The notes under the pieces were generated by a model. That model was not told the DNA's origin, did not search any database, and saw only the letters and a program-made list of their open reading frames with translations. Shown in pieces: positions 44,841-58,562 of a stretch of 64,000 bases of DNA. The number at the start of each line of letters is the position of its first letter. The first letter of the stretch is position 1. Source of the DNA: Macrostomum lignano. Taxonomy: Eukaryota. The position numbers and the translations under genes are program-made. The DNA is taken from NCBI GenBank assembly GCA_002269645.1, contig NIVC01003296.1:1-64000 (forward strand), in the 5' to 3' direction.

Positions 44841-45710
44841 CTCTTCATGTATCCTTTCCTCCAATAAAATAATAAACATCAATTAACAACAGAAATTCAA
44901 AGCCAATCGGCAAGTACCCACACAAACAGTAAAAAGTTTTATTGACTGGCGCATCCACGGCGCAGCGAGATAATCGCATTTGTACGAGCTATTTGCCAAG
45001 CACACAGGGGTAAGAGGAGTGCAGATAAATTAACACTAGCACACTTTCAATCGACCATTTATGGACCGGAGGAGTTGAAATAGCAAACAATACTTTGTTA
45101 TAATAAATAAGCTAACTATATAAACATTTATCCCAATAAATTCGCCTGCAAAGTTTATTAAGCTGTCATGAAATAAAGAAAAGTTGACATCAAGCTATTT
45201 AAAACAAAAACTATAAATAAAATAACAACTTGAACAAATAATAAAGCTATCCAAATCATAATAATACAGGGATAAGAATGAAAGCGGAATCAACTAATTT
45301 AACTTAAAGAGAGGCAAGACGCTGATAAATGAAAAATATTTCTAACGGACGCAAACAAAGAGTGGCGCATTTTGTAACTTGGCCTTGGCAAAACAATCTT
45401 TCAGAGTTAAAAATGTAGAAAATTTATTATTTAATTCGCACTAAAAAATACGACCGGAAGCAAATCTGTGCCTTCTATCCTACATTTTATTTAGCAGCAA
45501 AAGTAATAAATTCGATCTACACGAATGCGCGATACACCCTACTAAAAGTCAGTCGTGTGAAAATTAAGCTAAAAATGTAAACACTGCATTTATTTTATGT
45601 ATTGTTTTAACATAATATTGAAAATAAAAAAACTATTTCTAAAAGCCTAATTATTTATACGTTAATAAATAGTAAATTTCTGTTGTCAATATTACAGATT
45701 TTTTATTACA

Positions 45711-45994
45711 GGTTGTGTGCACCCATTGTCACACAACCGGTGAGAGGCATTGCTGCCCATTCCGCCAACTCCCCTGAGCAGGCACACAAGCGCGCGGATA
45801 CGTACGCAGTCATACGCACAGGCACACACTCACACAGGAGTGTACAGCGGCCCTAACTTTATTTATCGTTAGGCATGTACACTTCACTGTGCCTTGGGGG
45901 TTGGCCCTCAGGGGCGTTAATTGCACGAGCAACGACTGCACTTGGAATCGAGCCTGGGCCGCTGGCAGATCAGAGCGCCGCGCTAGACTACTGG
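45711..45994 (-). mobile_element. tRNA-derived SINE, near full-length copy
   Basis: Minus-strand head GGGCCGTAGCCCAGTAG (box A-like) … GGCTCGATTCC (box B-like), followed by the shared body. Confidence 0.75.
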
Positions 45995-46679
45995 GCTACG
46001 GCCCTATATATTACAGATGCATTATACTAGCTAATATGAACTAATATAAATATGAACTCCTATGATTTGTAGTTTAACTCTTTAAAATTTTGCTAGTCAA
46101 AGGCGAGAGACAAAGCATCAATTAAAATCCGACGAATAGCATTAAAGCATTCTCATTGTAGCGGCATAAAATCGACTTTTTTATTTACTGACTGTAACTG
46201 ATAGACTGCTAGGGAAAGGCCAGCAAAAATATAGATTATATACTGAAGCTCAGCAAGATTTAAAACTTTGCGACGCACAAAGCTGTTCAATACTCGTAGA
46301 ATCCCAAATCGATTCGTTTTCTCTCCTGTTGACAGACAGAAGCCGGGTTTACAGGGGATTTTTTACAAGGAGAATGTTACACCGATAGCAATAGACTATA
46401 GAGGCTTAGGAGCTGGTAGTATCTGTTGTAATAACAGTTAATTTACTAACTAAAAGCATCCAGATGGACAAGTTTCTTAAAAAAATCCAACATTCCATCT
46501 TTGCGCTTCACAGACGTTCATCTAAGCAGCTAGTTGCTATCGACGCAAAACAAGCGAAACGACACACTAAATTAACAAAGAAAGTATACCGTTATTTTTT
46601 TAAATTTATTCTGCATATAAAGAAAGCAACCAAGACTGCAATGATTCGCGCGGACAAGCTACTTAGAGTAGATGAAATG

Positions 46680-47670
46680 TCAAATGTCCCGACCATTATT
46701 AGCATGGGTAAAGCCGTTAGCCAGCTGCTGATGCTGATGGCCTTGGCGAGTTTCGAATCCGTCAACTGACTCGCCGTCGCCCTCGTCGTCCGTGGTAACG
46801 TAGCCGTTGGTGACGATCTCCGGATAGGCCGGGGCCAGCATCTGCCTCATCTCCGGGTCTTCACCGGCCAGGTCCAGTGGCGTCTCGCCGCGCTGACAGA
46901 AAGGGGAAGAGGATTGTCAGTTAAACAAAATAAACAGGAAATTACTTGTTTAACAAAATAAATCTCTTGGGATAAACTTTTCAAATCACCCCAATTAAAG
47001 GCATAACCCCATAATTACAAGCAAACACCCCCATTAAGAGCAGAACACCTTAGGTAACAGCAGAACACCTCAAGTAAAAGCAGAACACCTCAGGTAAAAG
47101 CAGAAAATTCCTATGAAAAGCAGAATACCTCAGTTAAATCAGAACATCCCAATTAAAAAAGAGCATCCATAATATAAAATCACAAAACTCCAATACTCCA
47201 ATCAGAAGCCGAACATCTCAAATGGAAAGCACGTTACAAAGATTGGGACCAGAAAAACGAATAGAAGCGGAATATTGCAGCTAAAAGCAGATTCTCACGC
47301 ACCATGGACTTCCTCTCCGGATTGGCCCCGTAGCTAATCAGCAGTTCCACAGCCGCCTTCGCTTCCCGATTCACGGCCCAGTGAAGCGCCGTCCAGCCCG
47401 ACATGTCAGCGGCGCCAACATCGGCTCCGTGGTCCAGCAGGCACTTGGCCAGCGGCAGGTGGCCGTGGTAGATGGCGAACATCAGCGGAGTGAAGTCGGC
47501 CTCGCCGCGAGCGCCCGATCTCGGCGGCTGGGATCGATCATCGACGCTTAGGCCGGGACAGCGGCTGAGCAGGCACTCGGCTATGTCCACTAGGGTGCGA
47601 TCGAAGCGTGACCTGGCGGGGAGGTGGCGGTGCCGTTAGCTGGCCGACTGGGACTGGCAGACAGACACTC

Positions 47671-47725
<55 letters not shown>

Positions 47726-47734
47726 GAGACAGAC

Positions 47735-47815
<81 letters not shown>

Positions 47816-47869
47816 CTAAGACAGACAGACAGACAGACAGACAGACGACAGACAGACAGACAGACAACA

Positions 47870-47920
<51 letters not shown>

Positions 47921-47933
47921 GAGACAGACAGTG

Positions 47934-47986
<53 letters not shown>

Positions 47987-47990
47987 CTCT

Positions 47991-48047
<57 letters not shown>

Positions 48048-48902
48048 CAAGACAGACAGACAGACAGATGAAGACAACAAGACAGACAGCTAGAGTAGCT
48101 AAACACTCAACCCCTCTCCAATTTACCTGTCCAACGGCAGGGCCGCCGGTCCATTAGAAGTCGGCGGCGCGATCGGTGCCGAAGAAACACTGTGGGTGGC
48201 AGTGTCGCCCTCTGCGTCAACAGCGGATTGCTTCTGCTGCTGCTGGTTGCGCGCGGCGGCGGCGGCAGCGGCAGCAGCGACGGCGGCCAACGCGTCCTCG
48301 CCGTCGCCATTGCCAGCGGAATCGCCGTTACCAGAGGCGGCGGCGGCAGCCTGCAGCTCGGCCATGACAGCGGCGTACACAGGCGAGTTGGCCTGGTCCA
48401 GACAGGCCGTGCTAACCCGCTTGCCGTTCTGACAGATTTGACTCTTTGGCGCCGCCCGGCACAGCTCGTGCAGGCAGTTGCGGCCGTCGTTATTCCGGTG
48501 CAGGAAGTCGCACCTGGCGTCCAGCAGGCAGCGCACAACGGCCGGCTGGCAGAAATAGCAGGCCATGATGAGGGCCGACCAGCCTCTCTCGTCTACAGCG
48601 CTGGGATCGGCGCCGGCTTTCAATAGCATTTGAACAATTTCATCTTGGCCAGTCATAGCGGAATGGTGCAGCGCAGTGTGCTGCTTGCTGTCGCGAGCGT
48701 CGACCTGGCAGCCGGCTGACAGCAGCAGGCGGACAATCTCCGGCTTGCCCTGGCTGGCCACGTGGATGGGGCAGGACTGGTGCACGTGGCTCACCCAGTT
48801 GACGTCGATGCCGCCAGATTCTAATAATTGGCGAACTTTCCATTCGCGACCGTAGCTGCAGCACTCCCAGAATGCCTCCTGTTTGGTGGCCGCCTGGCCC
48901 AT
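46680..48902 (-). CDS. Ankyrin-repeat protein; exons 48902-48127, 47653-47303 (apparent 1-bp deletion at 47593-47595), 46892-46680; ~446 aa if corrected
   Basis: Multiple ANK motifs ([41 protein letters not shown]). GT-AG sites are in phase. The N-terminus MGQAAT fits the myristoylation consensus. Confidence 0.85.
47658..48090. repeat. (GACA)n microsatellite in ankyrin gene intron 1
   Basis: Seen directly. Confidence 0.98.
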
Positions 48903-49057
48903 GTTGAGCGAATTGGCTGAAATGATTATATAGTATTATTGCTTACTAAGAGTTTTTAACAAACAGTTTGATGCAAAAGCAAAATTAAAAACAAACAAAT
49001 AGCCAAAAAATATATTTAAGGACACTCGCGAATTTATTCAACTTTGCTTCAGGGGAT

Positions 49058-49290
49058 GGCGCCAACTCACAGACAGGCAGACAATGTCTAAGCGGCGCCA
49101 ACTCACAGACAGGCAGACAATGTCTAAGCGGCGCCAACTGACAGACCGGCAGACAATGTCCAAGCGGTGCCAACTCACAGACAGGCAGACAATGTCTAAG
49201 CGGCGCCAACTCACAGACAGGCAGACAATGTTTAAGCGGCGCCGACTCACCGACAGGCAGACAATGTCTAAGTCGCGCCAACTCACAGAC
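49058..49290. repeat. 36-bp minisatellite upstream of the ankyrin ATG
   Basis: Period of 36 (49058, 49094, …), about 6 copies. Confidence 0.93.
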
Positions 49291-51587
49291 ATTCCATAGC
49301 CCCTAGCCGCAACCATGCCTGGATCCAACCGCTACAGTGGAGCAAGATGCACATTCGATGCGTTAAGAGAGCTAGCGATGATTTACCAATTTAACCGGCT
49401 TAGTTGCCATGACAACAAGCAAAAACAACAGGAAGTTATAACAACTAGCCCACCCATGGGATAGGACAGATACAAACAGACAGATTCAATGCCTATAGAG
49501 TCTTGCATATTATTGCACTAGCACAGATTCGCACTGCATAAGCACTGCCTGCGGCACCTAGAGAAAAGCTGACTGCGCAGAAACTCGCAGAAACTATATA
49601 ACATATGTATCTGGCTAGAGATAGAGCGACAAATAGGTGGCTACAGTTTAAACCCTGCTACTAGCAACTGTCGAGGTTACGATTTATCTTTAAGCTAGTA
49701 GGCCTTTGGCAAGACAAGATGCTCGAACGGATTGGGGCCACAACTGAACACATTTTATCACGTGCCTGGCCGGGGAGGGGGTGGGTTAACTGATATATTT
49801 CCGCCGCTTTTAACAAATTGTTACCAAATTGGTACAACCGTACATCGCCACCTGAGCTCTCAATTGGGGAATTTTCGGCTCCTTTTTCGGATTCAATAAC
49901 GGCATAGGTTAAAACACAAAAATGATAACCCAATGCGCAATGCAGAAACTGCACAATATTAGGCAATATTTTTACTTGAAAATTAACTGCGCCGTAACAT
50001 TTAAAAGAACTTGCAATAGCTCGTAATATAAATTAACTTACGAAGATTTCTAACGTCAGCACCAAGACTAATTCCAGACTCTAATGCCAATAGAAGTGTA
50101 TTCTGAATCGAAATGTAATATTAAAAAACTCAGTCTGAGGCGTAACCAAATCACTGTTTATCTTCGCCGTTGTAGAGAGCTACCCAATATTGGCAAGCAG
50201 ACAGGCACTTTATATAACAGAGGCAAGTCGGTGAAGAGGGGGTTGGCTGCCTACTGCAGCTGGGTTCGCTCAGCTCTTAGCTTTAAATATTCTTTCATTT
50301 TCTGTCTGTCTATCCGAGGGGTCAGGAAGGAGACATGCTGATAGCGACTTAGCCAATGACGAAAAATTCGGCAGAACTCTAAAGATTATACAAGCTACGA
50401 AGTAAAATTATAAGCCTGCTTCTCTTTCCATTTTTACGAACACTATTGTGTTGTATACAAACTATGAGGCAGCCTATAGACCTGTCTTTCTTTAACACAT
50501 TATTCTTTCATGCCACTGTACTCAAGTGCAAGTGTAAGAATGAGCGGGAGGGTGGATTAAGATAGAAAATTTCTGATCTACTGAGAGCACGAAGACGGCC
50601 GAAAATGAGAACAATTAAATATGAAGCTCAGTTAAAGCGGTGCATTTAAAAAACAGTACTATTTTGCTTCGCTATCTATACCATATCAAAGCAAGCCCCC
50701 GCGCAGAAATTTCCATATTCGTCGACAAAATCAAGCACTTCTACTTGGAAATGAAAATAAACAGAAATGGGCGTGATAGGTGGTGAAAAATAGAGTAGAG
50801 CATAATATATCCATACATTCTAGTACAGAGAAATATACGCAATGGAACGCCATTTGCTGATGTGCGTGCATGCATGGCGGAATTTACGGGTTCAGTTTCT
50901 ATAAACTGCACTGCGCACTCCCTGCATTACTGCAATCATTTGCAAGCCAAGATATGGTATGAGAGGATAGATCACGACAGTATAGATGACTTTCCGGTTT
51001 CGACTGGAAAGCATGCCAGTTGGATGGATTTACACGAGAAGTGCAGCTTAAGCGCAAATCGAGCTAATAATCATAAATAGGACTGACTATACTGCACCGA
51101 GAAGTGCCAAAAACGGAAATTGGTGTTGAAAAGTTCATTGCAAAGGGGAAAACAGCGCTCAGTTTGCACTCGTCCAAATTTTTCCCCAAAAAGCACTTGG
51201 AAGCCAAGCCGAACTAAATGGGAGATCTAGCCATGCCCATCGACCACTCTTCAATCAAGTGAGCAAGAGCAATTTATCATCAAAAGAAGAGAAAGCAAGA
51301 ACCGCAAAAGAAAAATACTGGATTAAAGCCAGTCAACTATGCAGCAAACCGAATGCGGAGACACGCTCAGTACTCTGAGGATTTCACTAACCGAATTATT
51401 GGTAGAAAGCAACGCTAGTTATGGACCTCGGCGGACAAGTCATGTGACGCGTGGGCGGCGAGAACACTGAAGTTCAAGAAGAGGTCAAGAAGACCTATAA
51501 GAGATGCACTCAATGCAGGTCACTGGTCGAAGGCCCTAGATACTAAATCTTAGGAAAAATTGACCAAGGCGAGTTATTGACAATAAA

Positions 51588-52423
51588 CATCTGGGAGAGG
51601 AACTCATTGGTGAATCTTATGGACAATCAACATCTGGGAGAGGAACTCATTGGCGAATCTTATGGACAATCAACATCTGGGAGAGGAACTCATTGGTGAA
51701 TCTTATGGACAATCAACATCTGGGAGAGGAACTCATTGGCGAATCTTATGGACAATAAACATCTGGGAGAGGAACTCATTGGTGAATCTTATGGACAATC
51801 AACAACTGGGAGAGGAACTCATTGGCGAATCTTATGGACAATCAACATCTGGGAGAGGAACTCATTGGTAAATCTTATGGACAATCAACATCTGGGAGAG
51901 GAACTCATTGGTGAATCTTATGGACAATCAACATCTGGGAGAGGAACTCATTGGTGAATCTTATGGACAATCAACATCTGGGAGAGGAACTCATTGGCGA
52001 ATCTTATGGACAATAAACATCTGGGAGAGGAACTCATTGGTGAATCTTATGGACAATCAACAACTGGGAGAGGAACTCATTGGCGAATCTTATGGACAAT
52101 CAACATCTGGGAGAGGAACTCATTGGTAAATCTTATGGACAATCAACATCTGGGAGAGGAACTCATTGGTGAATCTTATGGACAATCAACATCTGGGAGA
52201 GGAACTCATTGGTAAATCTTATGGACAATCAACATCTGGGAGAGGAACTCATTGGTGAATCTTATGGACAATCAACATCTGGGAGAGGAACTCATTGGTG
52301 AATCTTATGGACAATCAACATCTGGGAGAGGAACTCATTGGTGAATCTTATGGACAATCAACATCTGGGAGAGGAACTCATTGGTGAATCTTATGGACAA
52401 TCAACATCTGGGAGAGGAACTCA
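51588..52423. repeat. 43-bp satellite (AACTCATTGGTGAATCTTATGGACAATCAACATCTGGGAGAGG)
   Basis: About 19 nearly identical tandem copies with no spacers. Confidence 0.97.
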
Positions 52424-54609
52424 ATCGAGTGGCAAACCAAGACGACAAAAACGATAGCGTCTAGTTTAGCTGAACTTGGGCTTACTAAATGTTGGAAAGT
52501 TGCTGCATTGGTTTGTAGTTTTTTTATTTAAAGGGGCTGCAAAGGAAAATGTATCTCTATAGCTTACAATCATTTTAAAGCGTTTTATTTCGATAAAAAT
52601 ACCCCCAGGTGAAGAAAGCGCAAATTCAGGAAAATAAGCACCAGGCACGTGTTGCGGTGCCTAGAAAATGTCCGAGGCTCTTTCGCACGCATAGTTTTAC
52701 AACGGGATCAATTGAAAAGAAAGTCACGTACTTCCCTGCTACAGTCAAACAGTGAATCAACGTGAATAAAATGAAAAATGTTGCTTCCCTCGATCTTACC
52801 TTCAGTAGTGCCAACTTATATAGTAGCCTCCAATGGAGCTGAGAGAGCTGTATTGAGCAGGATTAGCTAAGCTATTTGGCTAGATTGTATATTCTAAATT
52901 GGAAAATGAAAGGGAAGGGAAAGAATACACTGAAAAGTGACTACACTTTTTAAAGTGACTATGAAGAGGCGGGAGATTCATATATAGTTATAGGGGAAGC
53001 GCGCTGAGAACAGCTGACTTGCTGCCGTCACCGTCTCCTCTCCCCTATCTCTGATTGGATCGGAGAGTTGAGCCCCTGCGTGAGTCAGAGTCACGCACGC
53101 TCAATGCACACTGAACTATAGAGAGAGCCACGCTAGTACCGGTAAGTGAGCTGTTGTGAGACAGCAACAGCAGCAGCATTTTTTGAGCAGCTGGGTGCAT
53201 GTGGCTCAGCTGTATCACCCCCACTCCCCCTGGGGCGTGGCAGGACGCAGGATAGAGAAAGCCGCAAAGGAAAAGAATTAAAAGACACGGGACAGCCTAA
53301 TGAGGGATTAATTTTCTGTCTTTAAAGACGCTAATTATATTCTATTAGTAAGAGAAGAATCCTTGCCGTAGACATTGCCCATAAATAATAAAAAATATGC
53401 GCCCTTACACAATATTTTTAGAAAGTGAGTAATCTCAAAACCATATGGCTAGAAGCTGTTAGATTAAAGGAAACCAACACACATTCTAAATAGCCAAAAA
53501 AAAGTTCAGAGAGTCCTGCTATTACGCTTCTGCGCAAAGCTAAAATATCAAATTAAAGGGAAATAAGCTGTAAAGCTACAGTCTGTGATGAGGAGCAGAC
53601 ACAGGCAGGGAGCTGAAAAAATCTTATATATATAAGACAAAAAACGCGCAATAATTTGCATTACTTCTGTCGCACTAGCCATGCGGTGGACGCCTAAAAC
53701 ATCTAAAAAAAGGAGTGCGCAGCAACACTGCGGGAGAGAGAATTGAGTAGTATAGTGCACGCGCACTGAGATTAATGCCCGGCCGCCAACAGCAAGCCAG
53801 TAGAATACACGTCTGGGAAGAGGATTAATCAGAAGACTATCGTCTAATCTCAGGCCCCGTGTCTCCCAGGGTTCGGAATTTCCCTCGTAATCTCCCCCAT
53901 TACCTACTGGAAAGTTTCCAGAGAGACTCAACCATCCAAATGGCGGCTTTCAGTCTCTCAGCAAAAGCCGGTCCAGCAACAAAGGCGGCGGCCAGGGCCA
54001 GGTCATCTATCGCGCTCCGCGGGGCATCCTATTTGATGAATAGCGGCTTAGTTATTAGTTCGACTACAGCATCCAGCGATTCATTAAGGCATTCTGTCGG
54101 GCGAAAGCAATCAAATTCTTCTCTAGAAGACCACAATATCATATTAGAAAAGCTTCGGTATATTGCATCATTAAAAAGTCTATCATGCTCGAACTGCTCT
54201 ACTTACAAGAACAAGTAGACTAGAAAGAATTAACAGCAGGTTACAAAAAAGGGTTATTGGATCGGCTATAACATTATGCTGAATGCTGAAGCACAAAGAG
54301 CTTTCATTGACAGCTCTTTTGACATTGGATCTGTAAGTATCTGACTGACATGGCATGCATGCATCAGTCAATATGATTAATCGGCTGAAATCTAATATCT
54401 ATTCTTCTAGACTAATCCGATGGACAGTTCTTACTCGCAGTGTTCAAAGGGACAGTTATCCCATTACAATGACGAGTCTCAAGAGATATGAGCAAATAGA
54501 TTAGTACAGCCAATCATAGAAAAGCCGAGAGTAAATAAAATCTAGAGAAATTATCATCTGGATTAATCGAACTATCAGTTTCAGCAATACTCCACCTTAA
54601 AGAGCAGCA

Positions 54610-54960
54610 ATGGTATTATTTCTACCTCAAACAAGTCGGCAAAGCTTCAACAAATGCGACAGACGCCTTTATTGCGCTTGTCAGACTCTCATAGTGCTAA
54701 GCTGTTTGGTTCTGGCAGCCACAGCAGCTGGTATGACAGCCATAGCGCTGACTGTCAAGTCGCCCTACATGGGACCGGAGGCGCGCCAGTTTGTGTACTA
54801 TTTCCGCCTAATTGGATACACAACTATCGGAGCCTGCAGCTTGGGCTTGTTCATTGGCTTAACCTGCACTTGGCGAGCAGCAGTGAGAAATCGAGTCCGA
54901 CTGCATGTGGCCATAGTAGAGGATGATGACAATGATGTCAATGGCATTAGTAATGCCTGA
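54610..54960 (+). CDS. Small hypothetical membrane protein (116 aa, two predicted TM helices)
   Basis: ATG in good context (GCAGCAATGG) just after an AG. Two hydrophobic stretches (LIVLSCLVLAATAAGMTAIALTV; LIGYTTIGACSLGLFIGLTCTW) and an acidic tail. Possible 5'UTR exon donor G|GTAAGT at 53141/53142. Confidence 0.55.
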   Translation: MVLFLPQTSRQSFNKCDRRLYCACQTLIVLSCLVLAATAAGMTAIALTVKSPYMGPEARQFVYYFRLIGYTTIGACSLGLFIGLTCTWRAAVRNRVRLHVAIVEDDDNDVNGISNA

Positions 54961-56149
54961 TAGTAGACAGCAATAATGTGTGATTGCAAACAAGTTCTAA
55001 TTGTTGTGACTGGGTGATTTCCTAGCTCATTATGGCAGGATAGCCCCAGGCAGCACATTTTATTGTCATATGCACAATATCAAAATATACCACTCTTGAG
55101 ACTTGTACTGACAAGAATACAATTGTCAACTAGTTTAACTATATGTGCAAAATTAATTAGAGCACAATATTCCATCAATGACCCAACTAACATTGGTGGC
55201 CTAGAATCAAAGTTCATGCATAGCAAATACTATAATTACCACTTTTGTGTGTGTTCTTCGCTTTTTTGTAACTAGTACCACTACAATAGGCTGAAATAAG
55301 TGATAAAATAGTTTGGAGTAAGAAGCCAAGAAATTATACTTTTGTGTTTAAAGAAATTTTCTGGCTGGCCCTTGCTAGCAAAGTTTATAGATCCAAATTC
55401 TAGAATTAAAGTCTTGTGTTTTATATCAAATTATTAGACTTCCAAAAGTTTGAATATTATAAAAAATAGAACAGAACAGTCTAAAGTTAATTTATCATTG
55501 CTATATAGGGCATACTGGAATACTATGAGTAGTGCTTGAGACAGAGATAGAATAAATATTTAGAATATTTAAAATCGAATTGAATCAACTAAACATTTGA
55601 TTCTAATCAGAATAAAAAGTTGATCATTTGAATAGTTGCTTTGATATGGAACAATGATTTGAGCAAGTAAAGAGTTGAGTTAGAGTATTAGCATTGTTGC
55701 TTATAAATGAAAATAAAGAATTGGAGATGAATAGGAATTAGAGAATTAAAGACTAAGAAGTTTGCATTTGAAGAGTTGAGAGTTTTAAGGGCTGTGGGAT
55801 TGTGGCTCATAAATGAGGGAGGGAATTTAGAATAGGATAACAAGTGACAATTCTTAAAGAAAAAGGCAAGGGTGCTTGAGCATTTGTGAGTAAATTGTGC
55901 TCAGATTGAGTAGTGAGGCTTTAGGTTTTGAGGATTTAGGTTAGGAGATAAAAAATATAAAAAATTGAGTTAATAGAACATGGATTTGGTGGCACTGATT
56001 CCCACAAACTTGAAAAGGTAGGGTTGGCATTTGGTCTAAGTGCATTTCATTGAACAAGAATTAAAAATATAAGACTATTGGTTGAAGGCTATTAAAGGGA
56101 ATAGGACTAAATATTAAATACTATAAGCTTCTAACAGTGAATATGACTA

Positions 56150-57720
56150 GACATTTTATAAATTTAATCATTGAAATTCATGGCTTTACCAAAGTGCTTA
56201 TTTGTGCAAGAGTTTTTCTCAAGAAAATAGCAACAACAAAGTTTTAGTAACTTGCAATGAATGTGGCAAGAAATTTGCTTATAGCTATTCAAACTTTTTG
56301 TGTAAATAACTAGCTACAAAGGAAACCCAGTGATCAAGTCCATACCTAAACCCTCCTTAAAAAACTCTTCAAATTAGCAACCTTGGGAATTTTCATGTTT
56401 GAAAACAATTATTACTAGCAAATTGAAAGCTGTGCCATGGGAAGTCTGCTTGCCCCTATTCTTGCTGATGTTTGCATGACCCATTGGGAAACCAACAACT
56501 ACGAGTAGTTGTCCCTTGACTGTGCCCTAAAATTCTATAGGCATTATGTTCATGACACTTTTGCCATCCTTGATTACAAAAACAAACTAGACCATTTCTT
56601 TGATACTCTTAACTCTACCTATAAAAATATCACATTTATTTTTGAGACCACTCCTAACCAAAAACTTATATTCCTTGATATTGAAATTGATTTCAATAGT
56701 GGTACTCTCTCTACTAAAGTCTCTTGCAAAAACATTTACCAATCTTATTCTTAACTATCACGCATTGTGTGCTAGATAGTGAAAGTCTAGTTTGATCAAA
56801 TATTTTCTACAGAGCTTTTACTATCTGCAATATCTAGATCAACTTTGACCAAGAAGTCAAAACCTTTACCAAAATCTTAAAAAAATGGCTATCTACTTGC
56901 TTTTATCCATTACAACATCAAAAATTCATTACCAAAAAGTCAACCTACAACAAACCACTAAAGCTGAAAACATCCATTTCAATAAACTGATCATTGTTCT
57001 TCCTTTTTAGTATCCTATCCTTTGGTATCCTTCCTTAAACATGGGATCTATCTTTTATCTTTAAAAGCAAAATCAGCAAACTTTTCAACAATATGCTTAA
57101 TATAAAAATCCATATTGTCCTTCAGTCATCCAAAATTGATGATTTTATTGGCTATTTGAAGTCACATATGCCATGTACTCTGTATGCGAGTGTTGTCTAC
57201 TGTTTCAACTGTTTTGATAATCAAAGAATCTCTTTTGTGGGGAAGACAAAAAGATACTTACATACTAGAACCAGAGAATACTAGCTCAATTCATTAGCCA
57301 TTCAAACTCCAATGCATTTTGTTGCTCCAATAGCATTCCTAATAAATGCTTTATAATTATTGATCAATGTACATACATCTAACTATAAACTTAAGATTCT
57401 TGAGGCCATGCACATAAAAGTTTTGTCTCACAACCTCAAAACTCAATTCCAATATAGTGGCACAGGCCATTGTCTTTATGTCTTTTAAGTTTTGAGAAAA
57501 TGCCAACTATGGACTATATTGCTTTGCTAACATTTTTTGTCCTCAACATGCCTATTGATCTTTAGACAATTTACTATATAGAATAATTATTCATAAAGTT
57601 TTTGTTTCACACAAATATTCATTATCATTAACCTCAGTTCAGTTTTTTTATTCTAATAAAATAAACCTGAAGATGTACCATAGATGATAAATAGATTATG
57701 AAATGCATTTGTCTTACAAA
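56150..57720 (+). mobile_element. Decayed Penelope-like retroelement (RT + GIY-YIG endonuclease)
   Basis: Broken frames give AMGSLLAPILADVCM and FYRHYVHDTF (YVDD-like), LIFLDIEI, VVYCFNC…FVGKTKRYLHTRTREY and YKLKILEAMHIK. These are typical PLE RT and GIY-YIG motifs. Many stops and frameshifts. Confidence 0.85.
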
Positions 57721-58124
57721 TGTTGATTGTTGGTTTTTTATTTATATTAATGTATTCTATTATTGACTAAAATATTCATATAAGATGTTTAATTAGTATT
57801 TGAATTGGATCTAATAATGATATTACTAGCTAGTATTAATATATTTACATTGAATAATATTAAAAAATTATTTTATCCTTGAAAATTTATGTTCAATTAT
57901 ATATCTAGCTATAGTTATTTTAATACTATAATAAATAAGAATTACATAAGAATATGTGTACTAAAAAAGCTTAGATAAATAAGGCCTAAGTCAAGATGAT
58001 TTTTATCAACAATATTATATTATTATAAATATAATTTCGATTGAAACAATACTATAGTGCACTTATTATTTATATTAGGCTAGATTATGGAATATTTTCT
58101 ATTTCTGTATCTAATTAATTTTAA

Positions 58125-58562
58125 GCAGTTGTTATTTGTCCGGTGACCAGACAAATAGCAATGTGGTTATTTGTCCAGTTACTGGATCCTGACCATGCTT
58201 TCCTATTCATCCAATTAATACTGGACAAATAAACATTTTGTTATTTGTCCAGTTAAATTGATAATGCTAAAATATCTAGTTCATAAAAACCACAAGGGTA
58301 AATATTCCTAGACTTCAAAGACTTCTTACTCGTATCTTGATTATTATATTGTTATTATACTAGTGTGTGTCTTATACACCAAATTATGCTGAATTGAATA
58401 ATATATTGCTTTGCATAACACTCTAGTATACAAGAAAATATTAATCAGTAGACGAGAATAGGTCTATTCATCACAAAACAAATAAGATACTTATGTTAGC
58501 AATTTAACCGGACAAATAGCAAAAAGGCTATTCGTCCGGTCACCGGACAAATAACAACTGCC
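58125..58562. mobile_element. MITE with ~35-bp TIRs
   Basis: GCAGTTGTTATTTGTCCGGTGACCAGACAAATAGC versus GCTATTCGTCCGGTCACCGGACAAATAACAACTGC, with internal TTATTTGTCC subrepeats. Confidence 0.7.

Noticed and set aside
47590-47612. 23-nt GT-AG micro-intron in the ankyrin gene
   Set aside because: Too short for typical spliceosomal removal. A one-base homopolymer error explains the frame more simply.
51588-52423. Regularly spaced 43-bp repeats resembling a CRISPR array
   Set aside because: Copies are directly tandem with no unique spacers, there are no cas genes, and the context is eukaryotic.
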